Part shown: positions 18,823 to 27,682 of the stretch, one piece after another
Position numbering within the stretch: the stretch's first letter is position 1
Layout: each line of letters begins with the position of its first letter
IMG/VR virus record: IMGVR_UViG_3300028840_002618
Location: 291 to 64,290 of that record
Reading direction: 5' to 3' (one strand)
Source of the DNA: a virus
Taxonomy: Duplodnaviria > Caudoviricetes
Length of the DNA stretch: 64,000 bases
Made by a program: the position numbers and the translations under genes
The notes under the pieces: model-generated
What the model saw: the letters and a program-made list of their open reading frames with translations, nothing else
Databases searched by the model: none
Told to the model about the DNA's origin: nothing

Positions 18823-19593
18823 CTAGGTCCCTGGTATGTTGATACGGACGAACGTGTTTAGGATGTTATTGCCTTTGGCTCCCTTACCACCCGCTGAGCC
18901 ACCGGGACGGATGACCTTCGGGCCGTATCTGGCTATGAGTCGGTCTATCGCGTCCAGTTCTCGCTTCATGGTGCGCATGGAGACTTGGCCTCCAGTGCCT
19001 TGCGCGTGCCGGTGATGGTAGTGGTACTTGTTGGCCCGTAGAGTGAACCGGTGACGGATGATCATACGGAGCCAAAAGTCATAGTCCTCCTTGAGGTCCA
19101 GGTACTCGTCAAAGCGGAGATCGTGATCGAGATGTCCGTGGAACGGGCCAAGGATGGGAGACAGGAGAGAGAACGGGCGGTAGGTGTAGTGGCCTAAAGG
19201 GTCCTGGTTCTGTTGAACGCCCCACATCTTGACGCCTAGTTGGTCGGCAAGGCAAAAGTGATGCTCGACAAATGCGCGCATGTGAGTGGGGTCCATTGGG
19301 ATGTGCTCTCCGGACTCATAGTAGCACATGCGGGTTATGTCGTCATCCAGGATCAAGATCCAGGGACAGCCGGTCTCAGTGGGAGCGCGGTCCAGGATCG
19401 CGTTCTGCTTGCGGCACAGGTTTCCGTCGAGGTCGTCAGGGATCGAGATGATACGACCGGGATAGTTGGCCTCATAGTCTGCGGCCTGGGACTCGGGCAC
19501 CCAGATGTAGGCAAAGGGAAACGCCTTGATCGTGGTCACGGAGTCGGGCCGCTTGTAGGATTTTATGGCTACGTGGATCTGAGAGTCTATCAT
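18823..19593 (-). CDS. TET-associated/GREB1-like GT-A glycosyltransferase
   Basis: AIKSYKRP, KQNAILD, ILDDDI, KEDYDF, GTGG motifs. Confidence 0.75.
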   Translation of the reverse strand: MIDSQIHVAIKSYKRPDSVTTIKAFPFAYIWVPESQAADYEANYPGRIISIPDDLDGNLCRKQNAILDRAPTETGCPWILILDDDITRMCYYESGEHIPMDPTHMRAFVEHHFCLADQLGVKMWGVQQNQDPLGHYTYRPFSLLSPILGPFHGHLDHDLRFDEYLDLKEDYDFWLRMIIRHRFTLRANKYHYHHRHAQGTGGQVSMRTMKRELDAIDRLIARYGPKVIRPGGSAGGKGAKGNNILNTFVRINIPGT

Positions 19594-19596
19594 GGG

Positions 19597-20355
19597 TCAC
19601 TGTCCCGGGATGACGGTAGAGTTGATCGCGCCGTACCTGCCGGCGCGTTTGGGATCACGGAATATGGCAGGGCCGAATTGAGAGACCATACGCAGATGAT
19701 CGGCACGCGCCAGGGCGAGAGTCTTGTCTATACCGCCCTCTACGTTGGCATCGCCTTTCTCGATTATGGCCTGATGATGGGCGAGAACGACCTTGTTGAA
19801 CCGGAGCGTACGCCGGTAGGTGTAGATCTGGAGGAGCCACATGGCAATGTCGTCCATTGTACGGATCTCCTCGTCAAAGCGGAGAGAGTGGGAGAGATGA
19901 CCGTACAGTGGGCCGTAGATGGGCTTGAGCAGGGAGAACGGCGTATAGGTCTGGTAGTAGAGTGGATCGTCATGGGTTCGCACACCCCAGAGATGGACGC
20001 CTAGCTCCTCAGCCAGTTGGAAGCAGTGGCAGATCCAGAGCCGGAGGTCTGAGGGGGACAGGTCGTACTTTTCGCCGCCCTCATAGAGAGAGACGCGGGT
20101 AACGTCATCGTCCAGCATCAGGATCCAGGGAGAGGGGCAAAGATCGAGAACGGCGTTACGCTTGCGTGCGCAGGAGCCGTCCAGTTCGTCAGGGATGGAC
20201 CGGACAGAGGAGCCATAGGAGGAGCGGTAGTCGGCCTCCTGAGACTCGCAGACCCAGATCGTGGCAAAAGGGAAAACGTCAAGAGTCTTGACGGACTTGG
20301 GCCGCCCGTATGAGATTATGGCGACGTGGATCTTGCCCGAGTCAATCAGATCCAT
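19597..20355 (-). CDS. TET-associated/GREB1-like GT-A glycosyltransferase (paralog)
   Basis: IISYGRP, KRNAVLD, MLDDDV, MDD, NVEGG; visibly paralogous to neighbour. Confidence 0.75.
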   Translation of the reverse strand: MDLIDSGKIHVAIISYGRPKSVKTLDVFPFATIWVCESQEADYRSSYGSSVRSIPDELDGSCARKRNAVLDLCPSPWILMLDDDVTRVSLYEGGEKYDLSPSDLRLWICHCFQLAEELGVHLWGVRTHDDPLYYQTYTPFSLLKPIYGPLYGHLSHSLRFDEEIRTMDDIAMWLLQIYTYRRTLRFNKVVLAHHQAIIEKGDANVEGGIDKTLALARADHLRMVSQFGPAIFRDPKRAGRYGAINSTVIPGQ

Positions 20356-21163
20356 TCTTGGCAGCCTCCTTGGCAGCATCGATCACCGCGAACAGTCTGG
20401 AGGCAGGGAGGACGCGCCCGGTCCCCTTCTGCTTGATCGTCTTGCCTTTGACCGGGGCTGTGTAGACCTTTTCCAGGGAGAACAGTTCCTCGGCAACGTT
20501 CCAGTCTAGCTGGTTGTCAAAGTAGATCACGAGGTAGTCATGACGCTCCAGGAGCTCGGGAGAGATCTCCAGTTCAGGCGCGCCGGGATCGTCCTCATCG
20601 GGCTCTGGGTCTGGGTTCAGTTCTGCCAGGAGCGCATCGGCCTCCTCTGGGGAGAGTGAGACCGGCAGGACGTCGTCGTCTACAGCCTGTTGGATCAGCT
20701 TGGCGTATCCATCCGCGTCCCAGACCTGGGCCTGTTGTTCTGGAGTGAGACCGGTCATGGTCAAGTTGTTGGCGTCGATGGCATAAGCACGGGCCAGGGC
20801 GCGGGAGGCGGCATCTGTGCCGATGACCAGGGGCATCGCCCATGGGCCGTTGTCTGGTTCTCGGGCGAGGCCGCGAGGGAGGTCTACGCCGCGCTTCTCT
20901 AGCTCGTCCAGGGCCTCGATCCGCCCGTTGCCCGACTTGATCGCACCGGAGAGGCCGACCGTTACAGGCGTGAGGTTCTTGTCAAACTTGGGGAGATCTT
21001 GGAATCCGTGATCCCTGATCGACCGTTCGACCTTGGGGAGGTCGTGCCGCTTGGGATTGTCCACCCAGAGGTAACGCATCGCGTCTCTTACCCTGATCCA
21101 TATCAGAGTCGGGGCATCGTTCATCTCTAGCGTGCTCTGGTCAAGGGTTGGCAGATCGGACAA
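20342..21163 (-). CDS. ParB/Srx N-terminal domain protein
   Basis: NPKRHD..SIRDHGF..GNGRIEAL..YAIDANNL; TTG start after GGAGG. Confidence 0.75.
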   Translation of the reverse strand: MSDLPTLDQSTLEMNDAPTLIWIRVRDAMRYLWVDNPKRHDLPKVERSIRDHGFQDLPKFDKNLTPVTVGLSGAIKSGNGRIEALDELEKRGVDLPRGLAREPDNGPWAMPLVIGTDAASRALARAYAIDANNLTMTGLTPEQQAQVWDADGYAKLIQQAVDDDVLPVSLSPEEADALLAELNPDPEPDEDDPGAPELEISPELLERHDYLVIYFDNQLDWNVAEELFSLEKVYTAPVKGKTIKQKGTGRVLPASRLFAVIDAAKEAAKNGSD

Positions 21164-21256
21164 GATGACCTCCTGGTCAAGCTTGGCCCGAGGGCTGGGT
21201 AGGACCCTCGGGCCGATACAAGGGAGAGTAGGAACAATGGATCTGGGATCGTCTAC

Positions 21257-21285
21257 ATTGTACCATGAGCCGTGATCGTTGTCAA
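21257..21285 (-). promoter_or_regulatory. sigma70-type promoter for modification/packaging operon
   Basis: TTGACA-17-(TGG)TACAAT. Confidence 0.75.
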
Positions 21286-21315
21286 GGGGAATTATGGGAA
21301 TTGTAGGAATTGTCC
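21286..21315. repeat. three GGAATT direct repeats between divergent promoters
   Basis: ggggaattatgggaattgtaggaattgtcc, 9-bp period. Confidence 0.6.
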
Positions 21316-21325
21316 GAGAAAACGC

Positions 21326-21375
21326 TTGACAACGGAGTGGGATTATGGTACTATGTTGGTGACAGTGAGTTGATT
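21326..21375 (+). promoter_or_regulatory. early promoter plus conserved leader (copy 1)
   Basis: TTGACA-17-TACTAT-6-GACAGTGAGTTGATT. Confidence 0.85.
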
Positions 21376-21401
21376 CTAGAGTTGATCTGAGGAGGATCAA
21401 A

Positions 21402-21575
21402 ATGGTATTCTATCATGTGAACGGTGATGATCTTTATGTCGTTTTTTCTGAGGGGGATTATGGATCGGTCAAGGCCACCCTCCTGATGGGTTGTGATCTG
21501 GTCAGTGAGACCGAGTACTGTTCTTTTGAGGCCGCACGCAAGAATTTCCCGCCAGAGCACTGGGTAGAGAAGTAG
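21402..21575 (+). CDS. hypothetical 57-aa protein
   Basis: GAGGAGG RBS, first gene after promoter. Confidence 0.65.
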   Translation: MVFYHVNGDDLYVVFSEGDYGSVKATLLMGCDLVSETEYCSFEAARKNFPPEHWVEK

Positions 21576-21589
21576 AGAGAGGGATCGAG

Positions 21590-21889
21590 ATGGATCTGAC
21601 GACCGTGTTGTTCGTGTATGATGGGGTCACCTACAAGGGTATGGTGACCGTCGGGGAGATGCTAATCGAGGTTGGCAAGGGGTTCTCGGGCAAGGCATTC
21701 CCGTACCGGGGCAAGCGGATTCACTTCATGCCCTTGTTTGACCGGGGAGAGGTCTCCGAGATGGAATACGAGGTCTCCGGGCCGAATCGGACGTGCACGG
21801 TCACTGAGGCTGGGGCCGTCGAGATGCTGACCAAGATCCGCAAGGACTGGATCTTTGAGGCCAGCGTACAGAATAGGGAGGTAGAATAG
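21590..21889 (+). CDS. hypothetical protein
   Basis: RBS, operon packing. Confidence 0.65.
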   Translation: MDLTTVLFVYDGVTYKGMVTVGEMLIEVGKGFSGKAFPYRGKRIHFMPLFDRGEVSEMEYEVSGPNRTCTVTEAGAVEMLTKIRKDWIFEASVQNREVE

Positions 21890-21890
21890 A

Positions 21891-22085
21891 ATGGACAAGA
21901 GGACTATCAGGAACGTACTGCGCCCGACCACAGATGCACTGACCGTTGTACTGGCTTGTGCAATGGTTGACCCAGAGAACTGGGCCGACCGCGCAGAGCA
22001 CATGCTGAACGGCACCCTCAAATCACTGCACGGTGAGTGGGTGCTTTTTGCAGAACGCAAACTCAGATCACTACTGGACCAATAG
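21891..22085 (+). CDS. hypothetical protein
   Basis: RBS, operon packing. Confidence 0.6.
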   Translation: MDKRTIRNVLRPTTDALTVVLACAMVDPENWADRAEHMLNGTLKSLHGEWVLFAERKLRSLLDQ

Positions 22086-22094
22086 GAGGTCATC

Positions 22095-22691
22095 ATGGGA
22101 ACGTACCGCAAGTGGGTAGCTCTGCACGGAAACAAGGATCGTTACAGTCGTATCATCAGCGTCGGCGCTGAGAACGTCGAGGCGGGCGTGGAGGAGATCA
22201 AGAGACAGCTCAACCGGCCTGGACGGTATGGGGCGTTTAGGGTCTGGCAGGAGAGTGGTTTCATGGTCCTGGACGAGAATGGGATCATCTCGACGGAGAA
22301 GGAGCGGATAGGGGACGGTGAGCCGATGCGCTACCGGTACTATCTGGTCAACCGCCCTCCCTCGATAGGCTGTCAGCCAAAGGGGGACGTTGCTCGGGAG
22401 GTCTGGAGTCCGAGACGCAAGATGTCTGCACAGGGACGGTTGGTACATGGTTGGGTAGAGTATGACCAGCCGCTGAGCGCATACAACATCTGGAGCTATG
22501 AGCTCTTTCCCGCAAGCATTCAGGAACAGGCCCAAATGGTGTTTGTGGAGGGAGGCGAGTACAATTCCTCCCGGCACGAATACTGGTGCAGCCAGAACCT
22601 GAAGGATCTCAAGAGACTGTACAAAGAGATGGACGACCAGAAGGCTTGGGCCGCGCTGGTCTTGCTGGGAGAGATCGACCAGCCTTTCTAG
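22095..22691 (+). CDS. protein with DarA C-terminal-like domain
   Basis: YYLVNRPPSIGCQPKG...HGWVEYDQPLS...YEL. Confidence 0.6.
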   Translation: MGTYRKWVALHGNKDRYSRIISVGAENVEAGVEEIKRQLNRPGRYGAFRVWQESGFMVLDENGIISTEKERIGDGEPMRYRYYLVNRPPSIGCQPKGDVAREVWSPRRKMSAQGRLVHGWVEYDQPLSAYNIWSYELFPASIQEQAQMVFVEGGEYNSSRHEYWCSQNLKDLKRLYKEMDDQKAWAALVLLGEIDQPF

Positions 22692-22704
22692 AGAGGAGAA
22701 AACG

Positions 22705-22932
22705 ATGCCGAGGATCGACAATCAGAGTTTAGACGTAGCGCAGTATTATGGATTCGATCACATCCCCATCGATCAGTATGCACGGCCTACAGTGGACCTG
22801 TGCCGGGCATGTGCCGCCGAATGGGAGATCGAGGACAGGGACGACGAGATCGACCACCCAGATTATGAGGAGCAGCACCCCCGGTATAGGTGTCTGGACT
22901 GTGGGGAGGAGTTGACCGAGGAGGACAACTGA
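22705..22932 (+). CDS. small Zn-binding protein
   Basis: CxxC twice. Confidence 0.6.
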   Translation: MPRIDNQSLDVAQYYGFDHIPIDQYARPTVDLCRACAAEWEIEDRDDEIDHPDYEEQHPRYRCLDCGEELTEEDN

Positions 22933-22948
22933 GAGGAAAAAAACCAAA

Positions 22949-22980
22949 GAGAGGTCGGCCTGTTGGTCGGCCTCTTTTTC
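22949..22980 (+). terminator. intrinsic terminator
   Basis: GAGGTCGGCC-TGTT-GGTCGGCCTC-TTTTT. Confidence 0.7.
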
Positions 22981-23001
22981 GATCCAGTCTGGACCAAACG
23001 C

Positions 23002-23052
23002 TTGACATCCACGCAAGTTTTGTGGTACTATGTCTCTGACAGTGAGTTGATT
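23002..23052 (+). promoter_or_regulatory. early promoter plus conserved leader (copy 2)
   Basis: TTGACA-18-TACTAT-6-GACAGTGAGTTGATT. Confidence 0.85.
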
Positions 23053-23077
23053 ATGAGAGTCATAGAGGAGGTTCCAA

Positions 23078-23266
23078 ATGAAGTTTATGGATCGTTTTGT
23101 CAAAGAGTTGTTAGAGGTCGGGATCGAGTTGTCGGCAGAGGATCGTCGTCGTTACTGGAGAGGGATCTATACGACCAGAGAACTCGCTGAGGTTCTGGGA
23201 GTTGATCAGGAGATCGTAGACGCGGCATGTGACCGCGCTGACCCCATCCGTGTGGAGGATCTGTAA
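23078..23266 (+). CDS. small HTH-like protein
   Basis: YTTRELAEVLGVD; GAGGAGG RBS. Confidence 0.6.
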   Translation: MKFMDRFVKELLEVGIELSAEDRRRYWRGIYTTRELAEVLGVDQEIVDAACDRADPIRVEDL

Positions 23267-23267
23267 A

Positions 23268-23672
23268 ATGTCTGAACGTCGAAACGTTGTTGTGGATGGT
23301 CAAGAGTTCACCGTGGTTCGGTACTGGGTGATCGGGTCTGGGCTGGTCGTTTTTACCGCTCTGGAGGAGGAGTCAGGGAAGTTTCCAGAGTCCAGCCACT
23401 CGTCGGTCTATTCGTTCGGCGGCGGGGAGAGTTTGGGCAAAGTGTATTCTCGACGTCTGCCCGAGCGGTTGGCAAATCTGCCCTCGTACACGGTGGATCG
23501 ATATGATCGAGTTGTAGCGTGGTCTGAGGGGCTGAAAAAGTTCTGCCACAAGGTCATCCTGGAGGCTTATCCGGAGTTGGTAGAGTCTGGGAATGTTCGT
23601 ATCTCGGGCGAGGACTACGAGTTGATTTTTGAGAATGGCGCAGAGGCCAAGGCCTACTGCGGTCTATCATAG
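23268..23672 (+). CDS. hypothetical protein
   Basis: ATG 23268 after GGAGG. Confidence 0.6.
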   Translation: MSERRNVVVDGQEFTVVRYWVIGSGLVVFTALEEESGKFPESSHSSVYSFGGGESLGKVYSRRLPERLANLPSYTVDRYDRVVAWSEGLKKFCHKVILEAYPELVESGNVRISGEDYELIFENGAEAKAYCGLS

Positions 23673-23685
23673 AGAGGGGATCGAG

Positions 23686-24147
23686 ATGAACTGCAAGCAT
23701 TGTCGTTGGGATGGTAACATCATCGCGTGTCGGAACGTGGTAGAGGCAGGGAACTGCCCGATGGAGCCGAGCCAGTACGTGTACGAGCAGGATCGCCGCG
23801 AGGAGGATCGTCAAGAGTGGGCTGACATATTGACCGATATCCAAGCACAGTTGGGTACCATAGTCAACCAGTTGGAGATGTTTGCTCGTGAGGAGGATCG
23901 CAGGGATCTGGAGGTCTACATGATCGCTCAGATCAAGACCATCATGGGCGGGATGGGGTATCGCACGCATAACACGACCGTTCAGGACTTGATCGATAGT
24001 ATGTCCACCTCAGAGTTGGGAGAGTTCTGCGAGATGTGCGGTTGTGAGTTGCAGTCTGGAGAGGAGAGGGACGTAGGGATCTGTGGTCACTGTCAGGAGG
24101 TCATGGAGGAGGAGATCGCTCAGGACGAGGCTCTGGCGTGCGCGTAG
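23686..24147 (+). CDS. hypothetical Zn-finger protein
   Basis: CxxC motifs at both ends. Confidence 0.6.
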   Translation: MNCKHCRWDGNIIACRNVVEAGNCPMEPSQYVYEQDRREEDRQEWADILTDIQAQLGTIVNQLEMFAREEDRRDLEVYMIAQIKTIMGGMGYRTHNTTVQDLIDSMSTSELGEFCEMCGCELQSGEERDVGICGHCQEVMEEEIAQDEALACA

Positions 24148-24154
24148 GTCTGGA

Positions 24155-24190
24155 GAAAACGGGGAGATCTTGGAGATCTCCCCGTTTTTG
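24155..24190 (+). terminator. intrinsic terminator
   Basis: AAAACGGGGAGATCT-TGG-AGATCTCCCCGTTTT. Confidence 0.8.
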
Positions 24191-24203
24191 TTGCAATTGA
24201 CTC

Positions 24204-24253
24204 TTGACAGTGGGTGCATTCTATGGTACTATGTCTCTGACAGTGAGTTGATT
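24204..24253 (+). promoter_or_regulatory. early promoter plus conserved leader (copy 3)
   Basis: TTGACA-17-TACTAT-6-GACAGTGAGTTGATT. Confidence 0.85.
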
Positions 24254-24276
24254 AAATTCTGAGAGGGAGTCCAAAA

Positions 24277-24480
24277 ATGTCTCAAGTTATGGATGTCAAA
24301 AGGATGTACATGGTTGCTGGTGGGTATATGGAGGATACGCCCGAGGTTGCGTGGGAAAAAGGTTTCTGCGCCCGCGAGTCTGGGGAGTCCCTTGAGCCGA
24401 ACCTGTATGAGGAGTCAGATCAAGATCGTCACGCTGCGTTTGAGCGGGGCTGGCGTTTCGCAGATGGTCAGGAGGGGTAG
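24277..24480 (+). CDS. Rmf/CrpP-like small protein
   Basis: AWEKGFCA...NLY...AFERGW pattern. Confidence 0.45.
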   Translation: MSQVMDVKRMYMVAGGYMEDTPEVAWEKGFCARESGESLEPNLYEESDQDRHAAFERGWRFADGQEG

Positions 24481-24482
24481 AG

Positions 24483-24824
24483 ATGTTCAAGATCAAAGAG
24501 GGTAGCAAGGTGCTCGTCAAGCATGGGTCCGAGATCCGTGTCCTGGAGGGTACGGTAGAATGGGCCAACAAGGACAAGGATCGCGGTGGATGGTCCTACA
24601 TGTGTTCTTTTGGTGGGGACATGGGGAACGTGCACGAGAGTGAGATCCAGTGCGTCGAGGTCGGAGAGTTGTACACGGTGACCTGGTTGATCGATGGGAT
24701 GCCGGGAGCAATGTCAACGTTCGAGCGGGACAAGGCCCTCCGCAAGCAGAATTGGGTTGACCGCAAGGGCGGGCAGTGTTGGACGACGACACGCGTCCTG
24801 GATCAGTGGGTCGCCTATGAGTAG
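24483..24824 (+). CDS. hypothetical protein
   Basis: GGAGG RBS. Confidence 0.6.
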   Translation: MFKIKEGSKVLVKHGSEIRVLEGTVEWANKDKDRGGWSYMCSFGGDMGNVHESEIQCVEVGELYTVTWLIDGMPGAMSTFERDKALRKQNWVDRKGGQCWTTTRVLDQWVAYE

Positions 24825-25050
24825 TGCAGAGGAGGTCAGGGCATCGGCTGAAATACTGGTCAATGCCCACGACCGTTGTCAGAGAGGGGAGATCGGGACA
24901 GAGGTCGTGCATTGGTTGGCAGAGGAGCATCGCAAGGTGCTCAAGGCCTACGCGCCCGAATGGAAGCGGAAAACGGGGAAACGGCTGTTTATCCCCGCAG
25001 ATAACAGGAGGCTGATCACGGTTGTTGTGAGAGGTCGCAGAGGTTACTAG
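24817..25050 (+). CDS. hypothetical protein
   Basis: ATG overlapping upstream stop. Confidence 0.5.
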   Translation: MSSAEEVRASAEILVNAHDRCQRGEIGTEVVHWLAEEHRKVLKAYAPEWKRKTGKRLFIPADNRRLITVVVRGRRGY

Positions 25051-25063
25051 AGAGGGGTCTAGG

Positions 25064-25546
25064 ATGGAAAACGTACAAGAGTTGGTTAGAGATCTTGCAA
25101 AGATTGAACACAGGGTACAGGTCGGTCAAGAGTTGATCGAGGGGATGCCAAAGGAATTGCCGGGAGTCGCCAAGATCCTGTACACCGGCGCAATGCTGTT
25201 TGATGTTCAGGGATGGAACGACTTTTGGGTCTGGCGTAGGCTGATGGGTAACCGGCTGTTGCCCGGGAACGTGGGCCATGATGTGAGCTTCGAGACTGGA
25301 GTGATCACACGCAAGCCGGCGCACAACTATTTTGGCGAGTTGACAATGAGCTTCTTTTACTCTGATCAGGAATGGCCCGAGGAGGTCTGGAAGAAACGGT
25401 ATCTCAGTTACTCGGGCGAGGACTCTTGGGAGGAGGAGCACGGCGTCAAGTGGATCAAGGTGGCGGTATGCGTCTGCGGGACCAATTGCACAAAGGTCCA
25501 GGTCGGGACGGAGCCGAAATACGAATGGAGATGTGAGGGAGCATGA
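25064..25546 (+). CDS. hypothetical protein
   Basis: RBS; C-terminal CTKVQVGT...WRC. Confidence 0.6.
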   Translation: MENVQELVRDLAKIEHRVQVGQELIEGMPKELPGVAKILYTGAMLFDVQGWNDFWVWRRLMGNRLLPGNVGHDVSFETGVITRKPAHNYFGELTMSFFYSDQEWPEEVWKKRYLSYSGEDSWEEEHGVKWIKVAVCVCGTNCTKVQVGTEPKYEWRCEGA

Positions 25547-25824
25547 TGAAAAGAAAAAAGATCAAGGTCTGGAGGAGAAAACGGGCATCGCCAAAGAGAG
25601 GCTTTGGCAAGTGGCGTCTGTACGTGATCAGTGTAGAAGCAGGTAGGCCGTGGTATGGGTACAGCCTCGTGGTCTTGGCGAGGAGTCGGAGAGAGGCTGA
25701 GCGCCTGGTGTACACCACCCTGGATGGCAGGATCGTATGGGAGGACATTCGGGCGGCGCAAGACAGCCTCATGATCCTGGACATCAAGCCGCAGGCAATT
25801 GTCTCCCGGTGGGGCGACTGGTAG
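25543..25824 (+). CDS. hypothetical protein
   Basis: ATGA coupling. Confidence 0.55.
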   Translation: MMKRKKIKVWRRKRASPKRGFGKWRLYVISVEAGRPWYGYSLVVLARSRREAERLVYTTLDGRIVWEDIRAAQDSLMILDIKPQAIVSRWGDW

Positions 25825-25836
25825 AGAGGGAGAGTC

Positions 25837-26430
25837 ATGAAGATCTACAACGTGGAGGTCTTGGATTCCTGCCCCATATGTAAGGGACAGGAGGTCCAGG
25901 TCAGGTACGTAGGCGTGGAGGTTGATCAGGATGGGACACCGCTCCGGTCGGTCTGGAGATGTGAGGACTGTGCCGGGGAGATCTCGGGCAACTTGTTTGA
26001 CTGTGAACCGATGATCCTACACAAGGCCACTATGCCCGGGGCCATTCATGATGTTCGCAGGATCATGATGGCGTCGATCATAAAGGGGGTCCGTCTGGAG
26101 ATCACGCATCCAGAGTGCTACTATGATCTTGTCGTCTCAGTAGGTGACCGGCCTGTGTATCTCGCCAAGGTAAGATCTCGCAAGTATCACAGTCACTGGG
26201 ACTATGAGATGACAGGTCCGCAGAGGACGAGAGCGCGACACCATATGGTCCAGGTCGCCTGTTGTGGACCTGTGGGCGATTGGCATTATCTCAAAGTGTG
26301 CCGGTTGTCTCAGTTCAAGCAGATGATCCAAGAGATGTCTACATACGGGAGCTTTGGGCTTACCCACTTATCCGAGTTGGCTCTGGGCCGCGGTTGGCCC
26401 GAGTCTATTGTCAGAGAGGAGTTGCTGTAA
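25837..26430 (+). CDS. hypothetical Zn-ribbon protein
   Basis: CPIC...CEDC. Confidence 0.6.
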   Translation: MKIYNVEVLDSCPICKGQEVQVRYVGVEVDQDGTPLRSVWRCEDCAGEISGNLFDCEPMILHKATMPGAIHDVRRIMMASIIKGVRLEITHPECYYDLVVSVGDRPVYLAKVRSRKYHSHWDYEMTGPQRTRARHHMVQVACCGPVGDWHYLKVCRLSQFKQMIQEMSTYGSFGLTHLSELALGRGWPESIVREELL

Positions 26431-26882
26431 TGGTAGTAAAACTATGGAGATGCCAGGACTGTGGCAAAGAGTTTGATACGTTCATGGGAGCGCTTGACTG
26501 TGAGGTCGGGATCGATCCGATGAACTTGTCTGACGGTGACCTAGAGTCGGACAAGTGGTACACTCAGCAAGAGATCGCCGCAGAGTTGGGCAAGAGTCTG
26601 GAGGCTGTACGTCGCTGGTTCTATGGGAGGGCAAGCAAGATCTTTCCTCACCAGTTGGATCTGGCGTACCGAGAGGACAGCGACTGGGCCAAAGAGCATG
26701 GGGTCTTGGAGGGAGTTCACGGTAACGTCCGGTGGATCGTGCCAGAGAGAGATGTCCAGGCGGCAAAGGCCGCTTACGCCTCTCTCGGGCCGAGCGCCAA
26801 GGACTGGGAGTACAAAGGCCCAATCTACCACTATGACGGTGGAGGCTTTTTGTTCTACACGGAGGAGGTAGAGAATGTCTGA
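26430..26882 (+). CDS. HTH DNA-binding protein with Zn motif
   Basis: CQDC; YTQQEIAAELGKSLEAVRRW. Confidence 0.6.
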   Translation: MVVKLWRCQDCGKEFDTFMGALDCEVGIDPMNLSDGDLESDKWYTQQEIAAELGKSLEAVRRWFYGRASKIFPHQLDLAYREDSDWAKEHGVLEGVHGNVRWIVPERDVQAAKAAYASLGPSAKDWEYKGPIYHYDGGGFLFYTEEVENV

Positions 26883-27672
26883 GGTTGATCCTCGTCTTTT
26901 GGAGAGGTTGCAGAAGCTGTTGTCTCTGGCAGATCCGGAGGCGAATGACAGTCAGGCACAGATCGAGGCCGCGCTGAGCAAGATCGATGAACTGCTGGGG
27001 CGGTATGGACTGACGATGGCGCAGGTCAAGTCATACGAGGCCGATGATGTGATCGGTAAGGGGCTGACGTACATCAAGTACAAGGAGGACGATGGTACGT
27101 TGATCTCGGGCAAGTTCAATGAGTGGCTGATCATCCTGGTCCATGGCATCGCATATGGCAACCATTGCAGGTGTCTCTTTACTCCGTCTGGGGGAGCTTT
27201 TTATGGACGGAAACAGGACGTGGAGGTCTGCAAGTTCTTGTTTGACAGTCTGACGTACAGGTTGATCTTGTTGTCAAGAGAGGAGAGAGATCGGTACTGT
27301 CAGGAGTACAAGGAGGATCACGGCAGGACGGCATGGAAAGCGTGGGGATCGTCGCATCCTCGGCCCTGGCGTCGGGCGTGGTTGGAGGGGGCTGCGCAGG
27401 GGATCGCCAAGCAGTTCAGGGAGATGCGGATCGCCCGAGAGCCACCGGAGGACGAGAGCACAAAGGCCGTGGTTGTCGCTCATGACAAGGCGATACAGAC
27501 CTGGATGGACGAAAACCTTGGCCCGATCAAGAATATCACTAGTAGTCAATTTGCAGAGGCTCAAGGGTATAGGGCCAGGGCTCGAGGTCGGGAGGTTGGG
27601 GAGAGTCTGCAAATACGGTCTGGGATCAATGGAGACGCGGGAGCAATCGCCGCGCTAGATGCAGGAGCATAG
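26875..27672 (+). CDS. DUF2786-like protein
   Basis: RLQKLLSLA...EAALSKIDELLGRYGL N-terminus. Confidence 0.7.
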   Translation: MSEVDPRLLERLQKLLSLADPEANDSQAQIEAALSKIDELLGRYGLTMAQVKSYEADDVIGKGLTYIKYKEDDGTLISGKFNEWLIILVHGIAYGNHCRCLFTPSGGAFYGRKQDVEVCKFLFDSLTYRLILLSREERDRYCQEYKEDHGRTAWKAWGSSHPRPWRRAWLEGAAQGIAKQFREMRIAREPPEDESTKAVVVAHDKAIQTWMDENLGPIKNITSSQFAEAQGYRARARGREVGESLQIRSGINGDAGAIAALDAGA

Positions 27673-27682
27673 GAGGTCAATC

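Noticed and set aside
20342-21400. Long N-terminal extensions in the ORF track (ParB 21400, receiver 52578, chaperone 63949, DinG 37411)
   Set aside because: They overlap promoters or neighbouring genes; downstream starts have clear RBSs.
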